The notes under the pieces were generated by a model. It was given only the letters and a program-made list of their open reading frames with translations. It had not been told where the DNA came from and did no database searches. Positions 52,125-64,000 of a DNA stretch of 64,000 nt are shown piece by piece; within the stretch, counting starts at the first letter, position 1, and every line of letters starts with the position of its first letter. The translations under genes and the position numbers were made by a program. Where the stretch lies: the NCBI RefSeq assembly GCF_001194135.2, contig NC_068982.1, positions 172,735,815-172,799,814 of the forward strand, in the 5' to 3' direction. The stretch comes from Octopus bimaculoides. Taxonomy: Eukaryota.

Positions 52125-52720
52125 GATGGTGGATTAGCAGAAATGTTAGGGCATTAAGAATAAACGTTTTGCAGTGTTTCTTCCAAATCTTGTGTTTTTG
52201 AGTTCAAATCTCACTTAGGTCAACATTGTCTTTCATCATTTCAGAGTCAATAAAACAAGTGCCAGTCAGTTATCAAGGTGATGGCAAAACTATTAGCATG
52301 CTTAATGGCATTTTTCCCTGGCTCTTTACTGTTTGAGTTCAAAAACCGCCAAGATTGACTTTGACTTTCGTCATTTTGGGGTGGATAAAATAAATGCCTG
52401 TCAAGTACTGGGGTTGACATAATTGACTTCCTCCCCCTCTCAAAAAGTGCTGGCTTTGTGCCAAAATTTGAAACCACCACCACCATCATCATCATCATTA
52501 TTATTTAGGCAGTGTGCTGGCAAAATGCTTAGGGATATTTCATCCGGCTTTTCATTCTGAGTTCAAATTCTGCTGAGGTCAACTTTGCCTTTCATCTTTC
52601 TGGCTTGGGGGTGGGGTCGATGAAATAAGTACCAGTGAAACACTGGGGTTGGTATAATCGACTATCCTCCTCCCCCAAAATTTTAGGCCTTGTGCCCTTA
52701 GTAGAAAGGATTATTATCAT
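52125..52720 (+). mobile_element. Three head-to-tail family A SINE copies
   Basis: gagttcaaa...gtc/ttgac/aac..tt..ctttc.tc occurs three times (about 52200, 52335, 52560), separated by CAC/CAT repeats. Confidence 0.8.
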
Positions 52721-53125
52721 TGTGTGACTTGCACTGCTATATTTACATAAGTTCAGGCTTTTTGGATTCACTTGTGCCATATTGGGATTGCTAGCAATGC
52801 CAAACATCTGTTCCTATCATTCTCCCCACCACCTTTGGAAATCCCTTCCCTTTTTCTCCAGATAAAGAAAAAAAGAAAGTAAATTCCCCCTGTTGTAAGG
52901 TTTTGTTAGATAGTTAACAATTTTCAATTTTTATCACAGATGGATTTGAGAAGCCATTAGAAGAGTTGTTGTGGTGCCACTATAATGATGTATTGATGAG
53001 GCATGAATACCTCAGCCTCATTTTATATTCCTTTCTGCTGAGAAAAAAAAAAAATTAAGGCTTTGTTAAAAAGGAAAGACTGGAACACTTTTAATTCCTT
53101 TTCTTTTTCACCCACTTCAAAGAGA

Positions 53126-53160
<35 letters not shown>

Positions 53161-53170
53161 NNNNNNNNNN

Positions 53171-53205
<35 letters not shown>

Positions 53206-53607
53206 TGAGTAGTTGGTATTTGTAAAGGATATTCTTTCCTTTTTCCAAGTCTACTGGGTACAAAAGGTTGTATTTTTTTAGGGGTTTTTGTTGTTTTTTA
53301 GCCTAGATTGTTGACTGCAAATGTAATAAGACATATTTAGAAACATCTGAAAATAAAATCTAAAATTTTTTCCTTCTTTCATTATTCATATTAATTACTG
53401 TTGTTTCAGCCGCCACCAGCACACCCTACCATCACCATCGTCACTGTTGCTGTCCCCATCCTACAATAAAAACATACCACTATAACCACCCATCACTAGT
53501 AATATCAACATCCACACCACCATCTGCATGCAACAGCACTATGACTTCTACAGCTGCTGCTGCTACTACTCCTACTACTACTCCTACTACTACTCCTACT
53601 ACTCCTA

Positions 53608-53638
<31 letters not shown>

Positions 53639-54097
53639 AACAACTACCACCCTTTCACTGATATCAACCATTACTGAATATCCCAACCACCTCCACCATT
53701 TGTAACAACAGCAGCATTGCCATCGTTATCATGGTCGTTTATTTGTCCCTTCCTCAATATACATAAATACCAGCAACAGTAGCAACATCACTACCACACC
53801 ATCATCATCATCATCATTGTTTCAGCAACAACAACTTCTAAAATGGGCCTTGGCAAACCTTTTTATTTTAAGAAGTGGGCTGCATGAGACATGGCTCATC
53901 ATAAAGGTGAGCTGCTTTACTAAAGCAATTCAAGGTAATTTTTCATTAGGTATGCTATTCAGAAAGCCTTGCTGTCCACAGACTGTTCTTCACTGCTCTA
54001 ACATCTACTGGTAGCAACTTATTCATTATCATACATACTATTATCAAGACAAGAAGAACCACCGCGGTAACCATCATCACTAATAATGATGGTCAGT

Positions 54098-54620
54098 TGA
54101 AGGCAGGTGGCTTAGCGGTTAACCCTTTTAGTATTCAGATTATCCTGTCAAAAGTAATGTCTATTTATTCACACGTCTTTAATTAATCGTGCATTATCTT
54201 GTAGCTTTGAGATTTTGACGAGGTAACTGTTAATTTTTAGAATGAGATTGTAGGGTTGGTGTGGGAAACCACATCTAGCCAGTTTGAAAATAAAAGAGGT
54301 AAAATATTTTGGCCGGATATGGCCAGTTAAGGTATTCAGCTCACAAATCAATCATAAGGTCATGAGTTTGATTCCTGGTGGTGTTTTGTGCCCTTGAGCA
54401 AGGCACTTCACTTCACATTGCTTCACTCCATTCAGCTGGCAAAAGTTAGTTGCACTTGTAATTTAGAAGAGCCAACATTGTTGCGTTGTGTCTGGCTGGA
54501 TCTCCTCGAGAACTATGTTAAGGGTACGCATGTCTGTAGAGTGCTCAGCCACTTGTACGTTAATTTCACGAGCAGGCTGTTCCGTTGATTGGATCAACTG
54601 GAACACTCATAACTGACCGA
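54098..54620 (+). mobile_element. Family D SINE interrupted by a MITE
   Basis: The head gaaggcaggtggcttagcggtt resumes as aaggtattcagctcac...gagtttgattcc after the insert. Confidence 0.75.
54123..54326 (+). mobile_element. Non-autonomous TTAA-targeting (piggyBac-like) MITE
   Basis: TTAA at 54119-54122 then CCCTTT; TTAA again at 54327-54330. A reverse copy at 58780-58973 ends AAAGGGTT. Confidence 0.65.
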
Positions 54621-54879
54621 GAGCCAGGCCAGTGGTCAGTTGCAGTAGCTTCATCTTTTTGTCATTGAAAGTCAGAGTGACAGTTTTTTTTTTTTTTAAC
54701 CTAGTTAGTCACAGGAAAAGAAGTTTTGTGGTTGGGGTATTGGGCCGGTGGTCATAAGGTTGTGGGTGGGCTTGATTTGTGAGCTGGGTGGCTTCTTGTG
54801 TGAAACGATGTGCCATGCGCATGCTACCTCCTTTCACATTGCTCCACACTCGTTGGTAGTCTCTTGAATTAGAGAGAGA

Positions 54880-55075
54880 TTGTAGGGACCAGCTGTATGC
54901 AAGCCCACTATTTCGATCAAATTGACATTGCCTATATAAGTGCAAGGTATGTCACATTGTGTTACAAAGTGATTGCAGAGCAACATGAAATGAAATGTTT
55001 TTCTCAAGAACACAATGCACCGCCTGGTCCTGGAATTGAAACCGTAATCTTGTGATTGTGAGTGTAACGACATAA
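54880..55075 (-). mobile_element. Family D SINE fragment
   Basis: gagcaacatgaaatgaaatgtttttctcaagaacacaatgcac...ggaattgaaaccgtaatcttgtgattgtgagtg, closely matching 37760-37850. Confidence 0.75.
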
Positions 55076-55540
55076 CCTCTTGGGTATATGCCTGCACTAC
55101 TCAGCTGGAAATGTACCAGCTGACTGTTGGTGTAGTCCTTTCTTCCTCCAGCTGTCACATCTTGGATGTCCCAGTGGATGAGGACTAAAAAGGGTCGAGA
55201 GAGTGCTTGTGTCTGCTCACAATTGCATAGGCACCATAAAATATGGTTCAAACCACCAAGTTATATTCGTTTGCAGGTGGACACCAGGTGCGAGTGACTA
55301 TCATAAACGTAGTACCAGATATTAATGGCAACAGTATGGCATTAGCGAATCCCCAAACCCAGTATTTGGTTACATTATGACACCACTGCTATTGCTGCCT
55401 ACCATTACCAGTCACAGAATAATCTACGTTTACCCGAGAAAGATGAACAGCAGTCAACCCAAATGGGTTGTTTCAACTCTGCTACCGCCACCATTGTGGT
55501 TGCTCAACTTGCTAGAAATAGTTGCCAGACCTGCCTCAAG

Positions 55541-55575
<35 letters not shown>

Positions 55576-55924
55576 TGCTTTGAAAAAAAGATACTTTTGA
55601 TATTGTAATCTAAGCTCCTGTAAAAAGGGATTTAAAAAAAAAAAAACAGAGCAACAAGGTGTCCCTTTCTTGAGCTCCTTTGATCAAAGGTTGACTGGAT
55701 CAGGGCTGACGTTGTACTAAATAACTCCCACACAACTCTAGCTGCTATGTTCTCCGACTACACCACCATTTTAAATTAATTAGTTTATTTGTTTGTTTAT
55801 GAAGTTCAACCAGAGTGTTTATAGCTGATGAAAAGGAGGGTGTACTTTTTGTTTTGTGTTGGCATTGAATTTACTTCCAGAATGTGGAATATGAATACAT
55901 CTAAGGCAACTCTTTGTGTATGTA

Positions 55925-55956
<32 letters not shown>

Positions 55957-56932
55957 ATATATATAGCTCATGTATAAAAATGTGTATATGTATTCATTGT
56001 GAGGGGAGGTGTTTATTTAGTAAATACATATGTCTGTGCCAAACAGGGTGTTTACTTTATACATATGCGTGTGTGTGTGTGTGACTTTAAAGGCTTGTGA
56101 AATATTAAGTGACTTGGACCATCCCATATTTAAAAAAAATTTTTGGTCTTATTTTAAATGTTACCATGAACTGGAACATTCCATATCAGCCAAACAACTG
56201 TTGTATGTGGGTAGTATGTTTAGTAGAGAATCTCAGCTAAGCTTTACAACTATCGCTCAGTGTCAAGGAACAGAGACAATATCTCTCTCTATCTCACACA
56301 CACACACACACACAAAACACAGATAGACCTAAATGAGAAGTAGTCAGGGCAAACTCACTGAGTAACAGATGGAGAAGTGTCAGTTTTGCTTATCGAATCC
56401 TCCAATCTACACTAGCAGAAGACATGGTGATGATACATTCTGACCATTTTATTGCTCTGTTTTTCTGTTGGAAAGCAGAGAGTTGTCATGGTTACCTCAT
56501 TGAGCAGCTTGAGGTACCATGAAGAAGTTGTTTGCTTGGCTTGACATCCTTCTTTTGTTATATTGTTGTTGTTGTTGTTTTTTGAGTTGAGCTGAATGAA
56601 TGCAATTTCTGATTGCTTTGGAGCATTTGATTAGGAATTCTAGCCATGGCCATTCAGCCCCAAGCCCTGTGTTTTTTTTTTAATTGAGTTATTTCATTTT
56701 CAGACATGTTGTTCAATGATTAGGAAATCAAACTACAAGGTCCTCGCTTTATTTTAGAAATGTTTGAGAGTTTATTGAAGATTTGGTTACCGAATCGAGC
56801 TCTGGTGAATGCTGACAAGTGGAATTTCTTTGGTGTTGAGTTCCTGTTTGTTTTGTTCTCAAGATTTGTGAATAGAACATATAGATCTATGATCTAAGTG
56901 TTCTAACTATGATTGTTTCATTTCCTCTTTAG

Positions 56933-57051
56933 ACATAGTGTATTTAGAATCACGTCAGCAATTTGATTCTAACCATTATGGGCTTCATCAAATTAGAGTG
57001 GAGTATAAGGAAACCTGCGCCTGGTTTTAAGACCAAGTAGTAGATCAACAG
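56933..57051 (+). other. Candidate 119-nt non-coding exon with a GC donor
   Basis: Acceptor gtttcatttcctctttAG; donor CAG|GCAAGT. All three frames contain stops. Confidence 0.22.
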
Positions 57052-57204
57052 GCAAGTAGATGGTGCTCCATACACTTCATCTTAGACTGGAATCACTTTA
57101 CAGTGATCAGGGGTAGACATTGATACAGACAATGACTACTACTCCCTTCCTCTTAGTGTGTGTATGTGTATGAAGAGAAAGATAACAGTTCCTCATGTTT
57201 TTTT

Positions 57205-57400
57205 AACTGTTGTATTGTATGTATGAGACCATGTAGAAGACTCATTGGAACATTAGATAAAACACCTTGCGGTATTTCTAACCTCTATGTTCTGGGTTCA
57301 AATCTTGCTAATAAAATAAGTACGAGTCAAGTACTAGGGTCGATATAAGCGCCTGTTCCTCTCCTTCAAATTGCTGGCCTTGTGCCTAAGTTAGAAATTG
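57205..57400 (+). mobile_element. Degenerate family A SINE
   Basis: gcggtatttctaacctctatgttctgggttcaaatcttgct...agtactagggtcgat...gctggccttgtgcctaa. Confidence 0.7.
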
Positions 57401-57883
57401 TTGTTGTTGATCATCACCATCATCATTATTATTATTATTATTATTAGCTCCAACTTCATCTTCATCTCATAACTTCTCCAAGACAGGATATCATAATAGA
57501 GTAGGAAATGAAGCTTGAAGAGTCTGCTCTACTTATATTTCGAAATCTAGGTGAGTGGTGTTGGTTTGTTTGAAAAACCTTGAAGCACTTAGGCCTCATT
57601 ACAAGATCAGATTTAATCTCTTAAGCTGTGGTTTGTCATAAAAGGGTTTGTCTTTTTTTATTTTTTATCTTTTGTATGTGTGTGTGTGTGTGTGTGTGTA
57701 ACTCTCTTCTCGTTGTTGTTGCTTATTTATTTTGACTGTATTTTCAGTTTCTCAGACTGTTTGGCAGAGAGAAGAGGGGAAGAAGTGTGGGTGATATAAG
57801 AGTGAAATATGAGAGAGAGAAAGAGAGAGAGAAGGGTGTATGTGATTTGACTGTTGTCATCAGTAGTGAGTTTGTGGACAGAA

Positions 57884-57923
<40 letters not shown>

Positions 57924-58779
57924 GGCAATTGGTGGAATTCAGTGATGTAGGTTGCATTTGGAACATGCAACAAAAATACCATGCAGTATTTAGTTAAGTC
58001 TCTCTGTCCTGTGTAGAGTTCATGTTAGGGTTGACTTTTGTCTTTCCTCCTTCTGGGGGTTATAATAGTCAAGTACTGGGGTTGATTTAACTAATTCGCA
58101 AATTTCTGGCCTTGTGTTTGTACTAGAAATTATTATTTCATATAATGTGTGTGTGTGTGTGTGTGTGTGTGTGATTGAAATGTTTACCTCCCAGTTACAT
58201 GGTTTCGTGTTCATTCTCACTTTGTGGTGTCTCAGATTAGTGTCTTTATTATCGCCCTGGGCCAATCAAAGACTTGTGAAAGGATTTGATAGGTGGATTG
58301 AAAGAAACCCATTTGTGTGTGTGTGTGTGTGTGTGTGTACAAATGTGAGTGTATTGATGTTTGTGTCTCCTTGTCTTAACATTACATTCATTTCAATATT
58401 TTGCAAAAGCAAGTTCTGGCTGTGTGGAAATATTACCCCTTGTTTGGAAACAGGTTAGTGCTGGTGATAGGAAGGGCCTCCGGCTGTAGAAAATCTAACT
58501 CGATAAAATCCATCATTACCAGTTTGGAAAAGTGGACATTAAAACAATGTTGTTGATAAGGAGGAGGAGGAAGAGGTAACCGAAAGCATATGTACGGTTC
58601 AGAATACTTTGTTGTATCTTTGGCAGTTGTCTTTTATGTTAGCATCACTTTAACTATTGTGAAATTTGCTGGAGGGAAACTATAGAGAAGTCTGTTGTAT
58701 GTATCTATAAGACTGTGGACATGCGCCCCTATGTTTTTGTTTGGACATCTTAGATAGTACTGATATTTGTTTTATCTGC

Positions 58780-58973
58780 TTAGCATTTAAAACTACCATA
58801 TCCAGCCCAAATATTCTATGTTTTATGTTCAAAGTCACTATCTTACAATGTCATTTGAAAAATAAACAGTCACATTATTGAAATCTCATAGCTATGAGAT
58901 AATGCTTCATTGATTCTAGAGAAGGTGAATAAATAAGCATTACATTTGACAGTAATCTAAATGCAAAAGGGTT
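58780..58973 (-). mobile_element. TTAA-type MITE, reverse copy
   Basis: Ends gaataaataagcattacatttgacagtaatctaaatgcaaaagggtt, the reverse complement of the start of 54123-54326. Confidence 0.65.
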
Positions 58974-59686
58974 GCGTCTTTCACAGGCACTGTATTCCAC
59001 AGTTTGGAAGGTCAATATGTAAAGGCAGGTTTAACAAAGTACTTTGCTTGAATACAAGGGTTGCTATCAAGAAGAGCATCAGACTGTAGAAGACTTCCTC
59101 AAGGAGGCTTGTCCAACCCATGTCAACATGGGAAAAGCATATACAAAAATGATGGTAGTGGTTATGTTGACATTGATGACAAAGAATTATGGCTGAGTCA
59201 AGTGGTTGAATCTGTAGAGTATCAAACAAAAATTTCCTAGTGAGGTCTAGTGTTGATAAAATAACTTCCAGTCAAGAACTGAAGTTGATTCAGTTTGCCT
59301 AAATGGCACTTGGTCGGAAATATGTGGTCTTGTGTCTAATATAGATATCTGTTTTCAGTCATTTTGTGTATTTTTGAAAAACTCAGGTAAATGCTTGATT
59401 CAGATGTAAAGTTAGTCAACCAGGAGAATACGCTTTTAATTCCTTGCGCTGAGTTCACTCTTCTGTAGTAAACTATTACCATACTCTGCTACGAAGAATT
59501 TTAGTTATCTGTTATGGAGGAAGTTCTGCAAACTGTGAGTGTGTGCATGTGTGTGTGTGTGTGTGTGTATGGTGTAGTGCTTGTGCAATGTGTATGCAAC
59601 TGTGAATTTTTTTTTGTGTGTGTGTTTTGTCTGCTGTTTATCTGGTACTAATATTTTAAAAGAAAGGAATTCTTTAAACAGTGTGT

Positions 59687-59718
<32 letters not shown>

Positions 59719-59823
59719 AATAAAAGCCCCAGAGAAAATGTTCAGATGTGAAATTTTCCAACTGGAAATAATATGAAAAGCCCAGTCAGTTGCACAGAAA
59801 CACAACCTTCTTAAAATCCCCAG

Positions 59824-59892
<69 letters not shown>

Positions 59893-62487
59893 AGCGAGCG
59901 AGCGAGCGAGCGAGCGAAAGACTGTCAGACAGACACAGAAGCATATTATTATTTCCAGCTTCAACTTGAGATTGAAACAAATCAAATTTGATGTCATATA
60001 ACTCTTTAAATTCTTTTAATCCCTTATTTTCAAACATTCCATGTGATAAGAAGCAGAAAGAAAGCATTATAATCATTATTCTTTTTTTACTTTTAAATTC
60101 TTTATTTATACTTTGCTGTATAAATAAAGAAATAGTACCCAAACAAATAACTCCTTAACCTTCTCCACCTCCCATGATAAGCATTTGTTTTTTGTTGTCT
60201 TTTTATGAATTTAATAAAATTGTTTTTATCATTTACCTTTTTTTTTTTTTTAGTTTGATAGTAATTTCTCTATTATTTCCTTAGAATGCCATTGATATAT
60301 GAATGAATGCATAAAACCTTAGTATCATCAAATTCAGTTGTGGTTGTTGTGGGAGTAAGGTAGGTAGAATAAAGGAATAGATTTAACACTGTTGCACTAC
60401 CAAAGGCTTGGGTCATTGATGGTGTATGCTTATGCCACATTCCAAGGAATATGGTTAAAAAAACAAAAAAAAATTATAAATGGGAAATGTAACTGTGTCA
60501 TCCTTCAATGCCTCTGGAAGTCTTTTGAAATCAGAATGTGAAGTTATTCTGAATGTAACTAAATAATGTAAAGCACTGTTTTGTTCATTGCTCTGTGAAT
60601 TCACAGCCTAGAAATAATAATTGGTTCTAGCAAAAGCACAAGGCCATAAATTTTGAAGGAATAGGTTAGTTGATTAACATTTTTGATGTCAGCCTACCAG
60701 AAATAACCTCCATTTCCATTGATACAGGTTCTCCATTGAAAGTGATCTATAAATTAAAACCCTCCATTTAAATTTCATGCTAATTAATTTACAATCCTAA
60801 GCACCATGTACATAACGAGTTATTGCAATAAATTCTTCATTATTTCAGAAGAAATACACTGCTTTTGTTTCAATTTATTTTGAAAATAAACTAACAAAAG
60901 GCTTAAATTGACCCCAGTATTTCGTTAATATTTAGTTTTATCAGCCCTGGGAGGATGGAAGGCAGTTTCACCACGTTTCACAGTTCGTTTTCAACTCACC
61001 AACAACACCTAAACATCAGATGTTATCCTACTCTTACTAACACTCCCTACATTTTGTCCCTCAGTTTTCTCTCATCCAGACACCTGCATAAAAACCATCC
61101 CTTTTTTCTTTAACCTGCTGGCACTCAACCATTTAAAAAAATCTATAGACACCTTTGATTCCTATTTTACAACAAAATCTTGTATATGGACCCCAAGGGC
61201 CACAGAGACCCCAGATGAAAACCACTGCTTTAACCAATCTTTTGTCAACCATTTGCATGACATGCCCAAACCAGTGCAGTTGTCTCTCCTACATACGTTG
61301 ACTAATATATTTTTCACCCAACTTATTCTCTGTTCTAGCTTTGTTCTCCAATGAAAATTAAAATGGTACATCCAATGAATCATATTCCACTCATTAATAT
61401 CTTCAGTCCTACATGCCTTATTATGTCTCATTGTTGTGTAACATGTAACGTCTCATTTACAAACACTTGCCTTGTACAGGGCACATGTTCTAGTTTCAAT
61501 TTTTTTTTTTTTTCTGTGGGTGTATGTCAAAGCTTATGTTTATTGCAGTTGAAATAAATCATAAGTCTACAACACTCGTTTTCACCATTATTGTGTGACA
61601 ATGACAAGAAAAAAAAAAAATCCAAACAGAAAAAAAAAGAAAGAAAAAAACCTCTGTGCTGAGTGGAATTAAATGAGATAAATACATAATTAGCATGTGT
61701 ATGAAGGGCAAGGGGGTAATATACTTATAAGTGTGGAAGAGGTGGGGAAATGTAATATTTTGCTGATTTGCTGATAAGAAATAATAGTTGATCCGTGTGT
61801 AAATGCACATATATAAATAGAACTAGCAACTCTTTCGTAACTAACACAGATGGACATATGTACATACATGCATACATAATACAAACTCACTAATATATAA
61901 AATTTACAAACATGAATTCCTTTTCTTTCTGATATATTTAGTAATTGTGCATGTATGTATTTAGTCTTTGTGTTTATGAAACACACAAATACACAAAAAA
62001 ACATGTGGGTGGGTGAGTGGGATGGTTGATCTCATCCTATAAAGACACTATCACACACTCAAACAAGATTATCTATCTTCAACATTTTTACTTCTCAATG
62101 TCATGTCTTGAAACAGAGAACTAAGATTCAGATGAGACAGATCAGTAAAACATGTTCTATTCTTGATTACATTTGTTTTGTTTCACCTTTAATGGAAAAA
62201 AAACATGATTGCTGCTACTTTCCATTCACTGACGGGTAAAATATCTGGCTTGTGCTGACGAGACAAATAACCTAAAAGCCTGCAGTTCATATGTTGTTGC
62301 AGGCTCTGGACTGTATCTGCAGTAAAGACGCTCACTGCTCCGAATCGTCCAAACAAATGAGATGGTCGTATGTTTCTTGTTTGGGAGACTAGAAACAAAT
62401 CCGACAATCTCCTATGAACCAAAGTACTTGATTGTTGTTTGACCTCTGCAGATTTTGAACTTTGATGCATAGGGGGGCATTATAGCG

Positions 62488-62788
62488 ATGTGTTGAGAGG
62501 AATTCTTTGGGGTTTGGATAATTCACCTTTGGAAACAGGTATTTCGTTCGACATCCTTAGCGATATGGACTACTCGACCTGAACAAAAATTCTAACTGGG
62601 CCCCACCTGCAAGGTCATGCGATGTTTATCTTGATATGAGACCACCATGTCGCGCACATATGGTTGTAATGCATGCGCCTGGTGTACCCTTATCAGAGGG
62701 TAGTCATGATGGGTATACTGGGCTTCGTATATTTTACCACAGTGTCACTTTGATAGCTTGCACTGTTCTCTCACTCAATGATAATAAT
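62488..62788 (+). mobile_element. Retroposon 3' end ending in (AAT)n, apparently young
   Basis: gggccccacctgcaaggtcatgcg...gggtagtcatgatgggtatactgggcttcgtatattttac...ctctcactcaatgataataataat. CpGs retained in otherwise CpG-poor DNA; recalled as an octopus repeat. Confidence 0.6.
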
Positions 62789-62809
62789 AATTTTTCAATT
62801 TTGACACAA

Positions 62810-63350
62810 GACCAGCAATTTCGAGGTGTGGTTTAATTTGATTACATTGACCCCAGTACTCAACTGGTACTTATTTTGTCAGTCCTGAAAAGATGACAGA
62901 CAAAGTCAACCTCAGTGGAATCTGAACTCAGCATTTTGCCCAGCATGGTAACGATTCTGCCAGCTCACCACATTATCTACACTGCATAATAATAGTTTTA
63001 AATTTTGGCACAAGGCCAGTGATTTTAGGGGAAGGATTGAGTCGATTACATCGCCCCCCCCTCCCTTCCCCTCAATCCCCAGTGTTTAAACTGGTAGTCA
63101 TCTTATCGGTCCCGAAAGGATGAGAGGCTAAGTCAACCTCAATTGAATTTGAACCCAAAAGGAAAGTGAAGACAGACAAAATGTCGCTAAGCATATTTCC
63201 CCCCTGCATGCTCACGATTCTGCCCGCTTGCCACTTTAATAATAATTGTTTCTAATTTAATCACAAGGTCAGCAATTTTCAGAGTAGGATTAGTCAGTAT
63301 CATCAGCCAAATTCAGTGTTTGACTGGTAAAGATAAAAGGTCAGAAGACA
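62810..63350 (-). mobile_element. Three head-to-tail family A SINE copies
   Basis: cacaag..cagc/tga attt...gattacat.g.cccc...actggta repeated three times, separated by AAT repeats. Confidence 0.8.
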
Positions 63351-63392
63351 TAACACAAAGCATTTTTCTAATGCACTAACAATTCAATTGAT

Positions 63393-63782
<390 letters not shown>

Positions 63783-64000
63783 TTGAACACATTGCAGACA
63801 CTTTCCAATGGACGACGATGCAGATACTACTGAAGTATGATATGCACCTAGTGGTGCAGTTGCAGCTTGCTTGAAACTTTTGAAAATAATATTATTGATG
63901 ATGGTTTCTTTATTGCCACAAGGAGGAAACATCATATGGATAAAATGATATGTAAAAAATCTGGTCACTAAATCTATCTATCTATCTATCTATCTACATT

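Noticed and set aside
52125-52720. Regularly spaced similar motifs as a possible CRISPR-like array
   Set aside because: They are diverged SINE copies of unequal length in animal DNA, not identical short repeats with unique spacers.
56424-56447. ATGG-TGATGA-tacatt-CTGA-CCAT box C/D-like motif
   Set aside because: Only 6 nt between the boxes and the K-turn bulge geometry is wrong, so it is not a snoRNA.

Overview
AT-rich animal genomic DNA from a gapped draft assembly (10 N-runs, most of them beside microsatellites). The SINE families and the RTE-type LINE tail match my recollection of octopus repeats, so a cephalopod origin is likely (inference, not a database result). There are no prokaryotic features, CRISPR arrays, rRNA or intact tRNA genes, and no protein-coding gene I can name. 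Most long ORFs in the track are artefacts of N-gaps or simple repeats. Best supported: a 4-kb block of decayed minus-strand transposons at 20-24 kb (Tigger/pogo, CR1/Jockey-type LINE, an internally deleted Tc1 with D36E spacing, and a probable Penelope-like relic), a 5'-truncated RTE LINE (45218-46040), a mariner end, a TTAA-type MITE nested in a SINE, and many SINEs. Most interesting unexplained structure: (i) a diverged ~380-bp direct duplication bracketing the transposon block, plus a near-identical ~100-bp inverted copy; (ii) a TATA-Inr-short exon-GTAAGT arrangement at 25.7 kb that sits near a visible switch from CpG-rich to CpG-poor DNA, suggesting the start of a long plus-strand gene; (iii) degenerate hammerhead-like motifs, none with a complete core. 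I found no convincing novel biological system; all hunt items are hypotheses.
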